From Octopus sinensis (taxonomy: Eukaryota), in assembly GCF_006345805.1 (NCBI RefSeq), contig NC_043001.1, positions 86,118,001 to 86,182,000 of the forward strand: a DNA stretch of 64,000 nt, given 5' to 3'. The notes under the pieces were generated by a model. That model saw only the letters and a program-made list of their open reading frames with translations. It searched no databases and was not told the DNA's origin. A program made the position numbers and the translations under genes. Of the stretch, positions 54,228 to 64,000 are shown piece by piece (position 1 is the stretch's first letter; each line of letters begins with the position of its first letter).

Positions 54228-56475
54228 GTAAGTATAGTTTCATGGGGCTAAACAGCAATAACAATCGTCCCTTCTAGGACAACCACATTATGTTGACAAA
54301 TAGCCTTTACTATAAGTATAATTCATTTTCTCAAAATGTACATCTACTCAATCTTACTTTACAATAAGCTATCAAATAAAGAGCCATAAAATGCATGAAC
54401 CTAAAGTTTTCTTAAGAAGTCTGTGACAATATTGTTGGTGCTCAATTAATGACCTAAATCTTTTGAAGAATAGAATATTTTATTAAAAGAACAGTAAATG
54501 GAAAATAGGATATTCTCACAAGAACTGTGGCTGTTAAAAGTTATATTTATCTTATTTTTAAATAATATTGTATGAGAGTGGAGGCGAGTGATCGTAAGAT
54601 TGTGGTTTCGATTCCTAGACCGGGCGACGCGTTGTGTTCTTGAGCAAAATACTTCATTGCACGTTGCTCCAGGCCACTCAGCTGGCTAAAATGAGTAACG
54701 CTACGATGGATTGACATCCCGTCCAGCTGGGGAACACGTATGCCATTGAAACCGGGAATCCGGGCCCATGAGCCTGGCTATGCTTTAAAAGGACGCATTT
54801 ATTTATTTTATTAATATTGTATGAGAACGGAGTGCAGGGTGTATATTTTTGAAGACTTCTTTATCGTCAGTTTACTGATATTAATAATCTTATTAATTTG
54901 AGCTAAGGCGGTGAGCTGGCGGAATCGTTGGCATGCCCAGCAAAAATGCTCATGGGTAAATCGTCTATACGCTCTGAGTTCAAATGCCATGGGGGTTCAT
55001 TTTTGCCTTTCATTCTTTATGTATTTATGTATGTAGATATATATGTGTGTACTAATCTGTCACTTGCGAACAAATAAAGCTTCGTAACATTTACCATTCT
55101 CGTTGTTTTAAGTGACAATGAAGTCGCGAACCTTTTGACGCAGCGAGACATCCAGGGTGTGACAGCTGATAAGAGAAATAGAGGCAGGCCAGAGCTGCAC
55201 TAGAGTTCGATTGATAGTCATTTTCAGATAAGTAGATTTTGATAGAGCAACGCAAAATGAATTATTTCATTCAAATATAAAATGCCTTGCCCTGTTCGGG
55301 ATCTGAACCCAACTCTATAGTCGTGAGCCGAATAACTTAATCACTAAACCTTTTTCCACTCGTTTGTCATGCTCGCTGACCAGAATAACCTTTGCTAAAT
55401 AGCTCTATTATGATTGAGTTGTTAAGCTGGCCTGCTGGCAGAATCGTTCGCAAAATTCTTAGCAACATTTCTTCTCAAATTCCGAATAGGTTGACTTTGC
55501 TTTTCATTCTTTCGGAGTTGATAAAATAAGTGCCAGTTTAACATGGGTCGATGGAATCGACTTACCCATCCCCCAGAATTGCTGGCTTTGTGCCAAAATT
55601 TGAAACCAATGACATTGAGCTATGTCTATTACTTTAACTTAGTGGCTTTAAAATCATGTTTGCCCCTGTACACCTATACATTATTTTCTATATTTTACAA
55701 AATTTCAGATGATGATTTTAGAATTATCTGCCTTTCTTGATTTTAGAATTTAAACAGTTAATTTTGGTCAGTGAAGTTCATGAGTAATCTCATTTAAGAG
55801 AAGCTTTATGGCTCATCTCAAATCCTACACTTGCTTACTACATTAAGTTGTGGTGCATTCAAGAATACAGTACCTTGATGAACCATTAACTTGGAGTAGA
55901 TGGAAGGAGTGAAACATGATAAAAGTAGATTTGAGTAAACTGTAAGCTTTTACAACCGAGCTTAGTGAAGTAACGCAGTAGACACCTGCAGAGAGGTGTG
56001 GTGACTGTTACATGGAATAAAGCTATTATCGTAACAATATAACTGATATATATATATATATATATATATATAGAAGGTCGATGGTTTGAAACGAAAAAGC
56101 TGCATAGAGAAGTAGCGACTATTGTGCTAATAGCAAAAGGGACATGCACGAAGAAGTAAAGATTTCTAACAAAAGAAATCATCTGGTATATTTTCGTTCA
56201 AACGCTTCAAAATATAGTAATTCTAACTGAACAGAAACTATTATGAACTATACCATAATTGAGCATAATTTGAAATGGACATGATTATTGCTTACCGTCT
56301 TCCGAATAATTAATTCAAAATATTTTTGAAAGTAAAATAAAGGCTGAAATAAATTATAAAAATTACAGGAAGATATTTTGTCTTCGTTTTGAAACGTAAA
56401 TATGGGATAAATATTTTAGATATTATAAAATAATTATGATGATGATTATTTAAAGAATGTTATTGTTAATTTCAG

Positions 56476-56586
56476 GGAAATTGATGGAAATGTGACTGTG
56501 GGAGAAGTAAAAAAGAAATCGGAAGCAAAACGTATTTTCGACTATGCCATTGAAACTGGGCAAAGTGCTGGCCATGTTGCTGTGGA
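56476..56586 (+). CDS. ITIH: ITIH-like, VIT domain exon
   Basis: ttcAG|G...GA|GTaaag; 111 nt, phase 2 to 2; EIDGNVTVGEVKKKSEAKRIFDYAIETGQSAGHVAV (ITIH-type ..G.IKEK..A...Y..A...G.SAG.V). Confidence 0.92.
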
Positions 56587-56687
56587 GTAAAGTATCATTT
56601 TCTCTTATTTGACACTTATCAATCTAAGTTTTCCAATGAAAATATAACTTCAATATGTTTTAAACTATATTTTCTATCATTTTCCAG

Positions 56688-56938
56688 ACACCGCTTCACA
56701 AATGTTTTTGATATATCTGTTAATGTTGAACCACAAAAGTATGTAGTTTACAACTTGACTTATCAAGAACTTCTGACACGAGAGAACAATAAATACAGGC
56801 ACGTCATCCATTTGTCCAATGGTGGAATTGTTGATGACTTTTTAGTTGAGGTTTTCATTAGGGAACCGCAAGACATTATTAATGTGTCTGTACCAGAAAT
56901 TAAAGATGATAAAGCAACAGATTTTTACGAAACCAAAG
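56688..56938 (+). CDS. ITIH: ITIH-like, VIT C-terminal half and linker
   Basis: tttccAG|A...AAAG|GTaggt; 251 nt; HRFTNVFDISVNVEPQKYVVYNLTYQELLTRENNKYRHVIHLSNGGIVDDFLVEVFIREPQDIINVSVPEIKDDKATDFYETK, with the hallmark F.ISVNV......F.LTYQELL.R; overlaps ORF 56755..56946. Confidence 0.93.
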
Positions 56939-57126
56939 GTAGGTAAATCATTTCTGCTCGGATTTACTTCATGTTATATTAATTAGATTTGCTCTAAACT
57001 TCATAAACAAGTATACTCATATGATCTACTATGTGGGTGCTCACCGAAAATTTAGAAAATAGTATAGCTGATATAAAAAATAGAGTTTATGTGCAGAATA
57101 TTAAATTTTTTTTTTGTTCTGGGCTC

Positions 57127-57452
57127 ATCATCATCGTTTAACGTCCGCTTTCCATGCTAGCATGGGTTGGACGATTTTGACTGAGGGCTGGTGAACCAGA
57201 TGACTGCAGATGATCTGGCAGAGGTTCTACAGCTGGATGCCCTTCCTAACGCCAACCACTCCGAGAGTGTAGTGGGTGCTTTTTATGTGGCACCGGCACG
57301 GGGGCCAGCCAGGCGGTACTGGCAACGACCTCGCTCGAATCTTTCTACACATGCCACCGGCACAGGTGCCAGTAAGGCGCCGCTGGTAACAATCACGCTC
57401 GAATGATGCCTTTTACGTGCCACCAGCACGGAAACCAGTTAGCCGCTCTGGT
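57127..57452 (-). mobile_element. SINE with RTE-type tail GGACGTTAAACGATGATGATG
   Basis: (CAT)n-CGTTTAACGTCC end; GGATGCCCTTCCTAACGCCAACC body. Confidence 0.7.
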
Positions 57453-58218
57453 AATATCTATGGGCTGTAAAAAAGAAGTCAACAGAAGTATATTTAGTAA
57501 ATGAAACACTCATATAAAATTTACTAATCTTATATCAAATTCCATACTTGTATAACTTATTATAAAGACCCTGCAAGTAGAAGAAAAGGATAGTAAATTG
57601 AAAAAAAAAACATAGTCGTAGGATTAAAACGAATAAGGATTTAACTAGATTGTTAAATGTAACACAAAATTAAATTATATAGGAATGGCAAACTATATCA
57701 ATGATAAAACTCACTACTTTTCTTAATTATAAATTGCTATGTCTTCTTACCTGTTATTAGTATGTGGGGAAAGAACATATTTTTAATCAACGCTACACGT
57801 GTTTCTGCGCTGGTGGTGTGTTTATGTAAGATGTAGTTCTCTATATATAATCGAGAATCCCAGAGTAAGAATAATAGTGTACTTAGGAAAGACATTAGTA
57901 CCACATCATTAAATTATAGACTTTGAATTCTCTAGTTTTGGTGTTAATAACCAAAACATTTTTCTATTACTAATTTCCTTATTAGAATATATTTATCTGT
58001 TTCTTTAGTTATCACCTCTACAGTACCTCAACAGAAATTACAGTAAACCTTATGTAACACTTTTTAGCCGAAATAAAACTTTGAATATATATATTTAATA
58101 GGCTCGTGTACACTTAAATGCGAAAAGACATATGTCGCAGTAGCTGTTTTGGAAGAGAAATTCTTATTAAAAAATGCTTGTCAAATGCTTTGGTAGGGTT
58201 TTGAATGACGTCATCGAA

Positions 58219-58262
58219 CTGTAGGACAGATGTTTCTGTGCCGTACTCTTCATCAGCTACAG
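58219..58262 (-). ncRNA. Candidate type I hammerhead ribozyme
   Basis: CTGTAG-CTGATGA-AGAGTACGGCACA-GAAA-CATCT-GTC-CTACAG: perfect 6-bp stem I, complete catalytic core, GUC cleavage triplet; stem II weak. Confidence 0.6.
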
Positions 58263-59192
58263 ATGCCGAGTCCATTGTTGATTACCCATTAAGAACAGCT
58301 GTTATATGCATACAGCAAAAATTAATTAGAGGCACACCAAGCAGTAATGTTTGAAACAATACAGCATATTTAAGCGGCTCGTGTATACTCAAGACCTTCA
58401 CAATGTACTTGTTTCGGAAGAGAAATTCTCTTTGTAGACAAGATATCTGAACACACACGGAGCTGGACTACGACTGAGGTCAAATGTTTTTCTGTCACTA
58501 TGCTTCATCACTTACACAAACCGAACCGATCGGTCATATCCTCTAGGATATTATATTCGTATATGCAAATAGTAATATTAATTTTTAGTTGAATTAGATT
58601 TCAGAGGTGTATCTCCCTATATTTGCTAACAAAAACAAAACAAATGGTTTGAGGAATCATTCCAAACCACTAGTTATTCTCCAAAATACAAAACCCCATA
58701 GTCAATTAAGATTTTAAAGATGCTCCCCGTGGCTTCTTAGGAGTTATCATTAATGTCAATTATTTTCCTTTAATGTGTATAACAAATTCTTTTTTTTCCT
58801 TGTTACATTGAAAATGTCAGCCTCTACACAACTATAACTTCATATAATTCCACAGTTAGCAGTGTGCTGTCATTCGGCTGATATAACAACGAGCTGCTAT
58901 GACATTACATTATTCTTGTAATATAATTATGTAATGCCTCAGATAACATTGCCTTATACAGCGGATAATACGACTTGAGTAGCATTACATCGTCACTAAG
59001 CGGATATGATAATTCTCCTTCAGTATTATGGTACAAATACTTAGATATGTTTAAAATAATACCCTTGACGTGAACCAAGTAACATTATATTGTTCTTTGG
59101 ACAGCATATTTAACTTTGAAAAGGCCACTTGTATAACATTATACCTACTTCTAAAAATGTACTAGGTTAGCACCATATTCACCCCGCTTATG

Positions 59193-59358
59193 TGTTGTAA
59201 TCTAACGTCGAACTGTTATAACTTTCACCCCGGTATAGCAGTACTCTTAGTTAGACAAGTAAAGATACGACTATCTATGACCGACTTCGCCGACTTCTCA
59301 ACCACGCAACTTCCTAGGTCACAGTATTTGTAACGACCACCACATACCGCTCGTCACG
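59193..59358. repeat. ~165-bp LTR-like direct repeat, copy 1 (copy 2 at 60385-60549)
   Basis: Both start TGTTGTAATC and end CGTCAC(G/A); shared TTAGTTAGACAAGTAAAGA.ACGACTAT..ATGACCGACTTC. Confidence 0.7.
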
Positions 59359-59454
59359 TAGGAGGGGTGTTCCATTATTATTATTGTTAACCCCATAACT
59401 TCAGCTAGTATTCCTGGATGTATTAATAACACACACCAAGTATGGATTCAGGAC

Positions 59455-60180
59455 ATCCGTATAGCGGAAGCCGACCTTCACTGGACAATACTTTAACTTC
59501 AATTCCCACCATCCATACAGTGTAAAGAAAGGGATTGCTCAATGCCTAAAACATCAAGCAGAGAATTTAAGTAGCGATCGTGATACCCACCACAAAGAAT
59601 TGATCAAACTTAGTAACAGGCGCAAGTGTGGCTGTGTGGTAAGTAGCTTGTTTACCAACCACATGGTTCCGGGTTCAGTCCCACTGCGTGGCACCTTGGG
59701 CAAGTGTCTTCTACTATAGCCTCGGGCCAGCCAGAGCCTTGTGAGTGGATTTGGTAGACGGAAACTGAAAGAAGCCCGTCGTATATATGTATATATATGT
59801 GTGCGTGTATGTTTGTGTTTGTCCCCCTAGCATTGCTTGACAACCGATGCTGGTGTGTTTATGTCCCCGTCACTTAGCGGTTCGGCAAAAGAGACCGATA
59901 GAAAAAGTACTAGGCTTACAAAGAATAAGTCCCTGGGTCGAGTTGCTCTATTAAAGGCGGTGCTCCAGCATGGCCGCAGTCAAATGACTGAAACAAGTAA
60001 AAGAGTAAAGAGAGTAAAGAGTAACAATGCATTAAGCAACAACTACCCCCAAAACATGCTACCCATTCCAATTATGAAGAAAAGAGAGGATGAAACCAAT
60101 AAATTGTCCACAGTCTGTCTACCATATGTGAAAGGCCTCTCCGAAAAGATACAAAATATATGCGGCCCAATATATGCGTT
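59455..60180 (+). mobile_element. Penelope-like RT C-terminal fragment split by a family A SINE (59618-60019)
   Basis: TGQYFNFNSHHPYSVKKGIAQCLKHQAENLSSDRDTHHKELIKLSN | NALSNNYP..LSTVCLPYVKGLSEKIQNICGP; TSD AGTAACA at 59612-59618 and 60020-60026. Confidence 0.85.
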
Positions 60181-61394
60181 GAAAAATCTGCAAAAATGCG
60201 TAACCTATTATCTTTCCTTTTTACGTAGACCGTAGGTGCTGCCCAATCTGAGTGGTACGCAAACCGGCCAACATAATTTTACAATTTTGAATACCGTAAA
60301 ATTCGTACAAAAAACTTTTGTGAGTTTCATAGCTTCTTGTAAATCTGTTTAATCATCGTGAGTTTGTTAATTTCTCATCGCCACTGTTGTAATCCAACAG
60401 TGCTATAACTGTCCACTCCGGTGTAGCCGTATAGTTAGTTAGTTAGACAAGTAAAGACACGACTATCCATGACCGACTTCACCGACTTTTCAATCACTCG
60501 ACTTCCTATGTCACCGTATCTGTAACGACTCCACATACCACTCGTCACATGGAACTTCGGGTAGAATGAAAGGATTTCTTGTCTCAAATTTAAACGTCTC
60601 TCGAGTAACTTTGCAATGCAACTAGATTCGCATTTCACAGTACCTCCGGTAACATTACAGTGTATCTCGTCCCAAATTTAACTCTACCTTGCATAATATG
60701 ACAGTTTCTCGTCTTGTATTATGTTTCCGGGGCATACCATATTTCACTGTACTTCAAGTAGCGTGAGAGTGTACTTCAATTAATATAATTATACCTCACT
60801 TGTCTCATTACGTTGCCTATCGAGTGACATTACAGCACTCCACGTTTAGCATGATTTAATTATTTTAAGTAAAATTAAACGACCCTTAATCTAATATTAC
60901 AAAGCCCATCACTAAACCTACATAGTCCCTTAATTAACAATGCATTACCTCCTCACTAAGATCGCATCATTCTCAACTAACCTTGCACTGCGACACTTCT
61001 AAGATTATAGAGTTTCTCAGGTAATATCGGATCATCTTTAGTTTAATATTGCACGGCCCATCTCTAATATTACTCAGTCTCTCAGATAGCAATACATTGC
61101 CCTTAATTTTGATTGCGTTGTTCTGAACTAACGAAAATTGGATCTTCCTTGAGGTAATAGAGCATTAGACGACAGTTAATTATGAAAGAATTAACGATAA
61201 CATTAACTCACAACCACTTCACCTAAATTAACATTGTCCTACGAGTACCTTCGCGCTGATCCTCAGCTAACATTGCATTGACCCTTTTATAAAAGTCTAA
61301 TTTCCACAGCACAAACCTCTTTGAGACAAGAAATCATCTTCATTTCCCAAACAAAAATGGAACTAATTTGATAGGACTTAACTGTACTCTAGGA

Positions 61395-61640
61395 GAAGAG
61401 GATGAAGGGGACGGGGGAGAGAAAGGGAACTAAGTACCAGGAGTTGGTGAAGGACATCCGCAAGAATGAATAGAAGAAAACTATATTTTTGCGGTGGATG
61501 TTGGCTGTCGAGAGTTCGTAGGTCGTACTCTGAATAAGACCTGTAGAACATTGAGTATTGAAAGAATGAGCAGAGGAGCTATCAAGAACAAGGTAAGCTA
61601 CTGAGAAAGCATCAAGATAGCTCCCGTTGAAAGTTAGAAG
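61395..61640 (+). mobile_element. HERO/NeSL-like RLE C-terminal fragment
   Basis: RKGTKYQELVKDIRKN...AVDVGCREFVGRTL (compare K..KY.EL....EVGCRGF). Confidence 0.65.
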
Positions 61641-62487
61641 AATGCCACTTGGAAAAAGGTTTAGACTCGAATAAATTATGTTGGATCGCCTAGATGAAAG
61701 TCTGTATTGTAAGGCATAAAACAGCCAATACAACACTGACGACATGTTCTGCAAGCGCATCTATAGCTGTATGTTGAATTACTGCAGGTGTTATCAGAGG
61801 TTTAGAGGTTTCTCAGATGACGATGTGAGCTCCGTCTACCAATATTAGACTTCCCTTGAGTAACACAATACTATTCCATAGTAAATGTGATTCCCAGCGT
61901 GTATCTTATTGTAAATGTCATACTTTCCTGTATACAATAGACTTACTAACACTTAGCTTTACAGTTTTCCATAGAAAATTTGACTCCCCTTCATTTAATA
62001 TTGCACAGTTAACAATGGTGAATAGTTTACACTACAGTGAACTATTGTAAATATAAAACTGTTCCACAGTAAACATTTTGCTTTTCGTTTCCATTAAACA
62101 TTGCACTATCCCACTTTACAGCGTCAGCAAATATTACACTCTACAGGAGTCCATTATCCTATTTCGAAATAAATATTGCTGTGTCCCACATAATGCAATG
62201 ATTGTGTCTCAATATAAATATTACACTGTTTTTTTTAATCAAATATTGCAGTATCTTATAGTATCAAAAGACTGAAGAAATTTGTGAAAAACATGCCTTA
62301 CAGTAACATTTTGCTGTGAACGTTATATTATTCGAATCTTCACTTTATACCATCCCACTTTATGTCATCGCATTCCATAGTAAAACATGAAAACCCTCTA
62401 ATGTAATATTTGTATTGGCTTGGTAATCGTGAAATAACAGGCATTCATTCATGTCAGTTACAATACTATTATTTGGTTTTTGAACAG

Positions 62488-62651
62488 AGCTGGAATATGC
62501 TTCAGTTGACTACATCAACAGTAAAGAAGTTTACATCAAATACAACCCAAATCGTGAACAACAAGAAGAAATTTCAAAGGAAAATGGTATTGTCGGCTTG
62601 TTCAAAGTGGCATATGACGTGGATCGTGCAAATAATTCAAATTTTATATAT
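62488..62651 (+). CDS. ITIH: ITIH-like exon preceding the vWA domain; gene continues beyond the window
   Basis: gaacAG|AG...TAT|GTaagc; 164 nt, phase 1 to 0; ELEYASVDYINSKEVYIKYNPNREQQEEISKENGIVGLFKVAYDVDRANNSNFIY (ITIH-type ..F.P...QQ.......G.F...YDV.R). Confidence 0.9.
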
Positions 62652-63819
62652 GTAAGCTGCTATTTTTCATTAATTTATTAACTTGTCATTTACGAACAAT
62701 TATTATACAAATTACTACGTTACCATCATTTCCTTATACTATGAAATGTATTGTAAGGAAACCAACAAAGAAGCTCTACGTAGTCTACAACATGTAGTGG
62801 TCCCATCTACGTGAAACCAAAACCTTCTGTCTCAAAAAAATTACACTTTGATTAATGTAATACTTGTTATGCAATGCCTAAGAAACTATGGAACCATCAT
62901 GGCTAGAAAGCTTTCAATCATAGATTTATCGAACGAGGGCTAACCAGAAGTTAAAATCACAGCTACAATTTGCAAATTACGATTACCCTCTTATCATTTA
63001 GAAATTATTGATTATTATGATATAGTTATATCTATCATAATTTACATCACCATTATATACAATATGGCATACAAAATGTTTATGGATACATTGAATAACA
63101 TACACATTGTTATGAATTAATTAAAAATTTCCTAAAAAGTGGAAAGAAAATAAGCAATGGCTATCTATATGTTACTTACAAGGACAAGGGAGACAACTTT
63201 AAAAAATTAAGAAGTAATTTTAAAACAAAATAATTTTCAATCTTAAGAGAAAATTTAATCATTGTTAGCGTAGAAAGATTCTCTGATTACAAAGAGAAAA
63301 ATTTAAATCTGTAATCAATACTACGCATACGTCACTCAAGTATATCCTTACGTTTTTCATTTATCACATTTTATGTATTGGCTTATATGAGACATTTCTC
63401 TTCAATAAACAAACACACATTCTTCAGGTTCAGTCCCATTGGATGTCACTTGGGCATGGCATTATAGCTTCGGACCGACCAAAGCTTTGTGAATGGATTT
63501 AGTAAGCAGAAAATGAAAGAAGCCCGCGATGTATATCTATCTATCTTTCTATGCGTGTGTTTTGTGTGTGTGTTAACCCCACCCCACCGCTTGAAAATCA
63601 ATGTTGATTTGTTTACGTCCCCGGAACGTAACAGTCCGGCCAAAGAGACCGATAGAATAAGTACCAAGCTTTAAAATAAAACGTACTTGGCTCTATTCGT
63701 CAGATTATAACTCTTCAAGTCAGAGCCACAGCATGACCGCAGTCAAATAACTTAAACAAGTAAAAGGTAAATGGTAAAACGAAGTTCATTTTCATTTTAC
63801 TATGTATAACGATCATATA

Positions 63820-64000
63820 TAGGCGTAGGAGTGGCTGTGTGGTAAGTAGCTTGCTTACCAACCACATGGCTCCGGGTTCAGTCCCATAGCGTGGCACCTT
63901 GGGCAAATGTCTTCTACTATAGCCTCGGGCCGATCAAAGCCTTCTGAGTGGATTTGGTAGATGGAAACGGAAAGAAGCCCGTCCTATATATGTATATATG
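63820..64000 (+). mobile_element. Family A SINE 5' half running off the window; a diverged copy lies at about 63425-63775
   Basis: TAGGCGTAGGAGTGGCTGTGTGGTAAG head. Confidence 0.85.

Noticed and set aside
62410-62655. 81-aa ORF overlapping the last ITIH exon
   Set aside because: Wrong frame; the ITIH-like frame defined by the splice sites is the conserved one.

Overview
AT-rich, microsatellite-dense eukaryotic genomic DNA. The SINE repertoire (tRNA-headed and CORE-type families, many with internal (TA)n/(TG)n) points to an octopus/coleoid cephalopod; this is inferred, not database-checked. Two spliced host genes were reconstructed by hand on the + strand, each with GT-AG boundaries and consistent intron phases. 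(1) The 3' part of a Cys-rich, DUF19/T20D4.11-like single-pass membrane protein: exons 748-878, 4071-4212, 4803-4936, 17262-17494. (2) The 5' part of a secreted inter-alpha-trypsin inhibitor heavy chain (ITIH)-like gene with signal peptide and VIT domain: exons 48327-48401, 54070-54227, 56476-56586, 56688-56938, 62488-62651, continuing past the window. The rest is intronic or intergenic and is packed with mobile-element remnants: SINEs, R4/Dong-like, Tx1-like, HERO-like, CR1, RTE and Penelope-like retroelements, mariner, Tc2/pogo and Merlin DNA transposons, MITEs and a Helitron-like end. The most unusual items are a 5S rRNA + tRNA-SINE composite with no Pol III terminator sitting in a (TA)n tract, a type I hammerhead-ribozyme candidate in a ~260-nt tandem unit in an ITIH intron, a (TAA)n-targeting R4/Dong LINE with a probable non-autonomous partner, a head-to-head inverted Merlin pair, and a near-identical 350-bp duplication flanking the first coding exon of ITIH. 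Most ORFs in the supplied track are microsatellite artefacts. TE boundaries are approximate and identities were estimated by eye.
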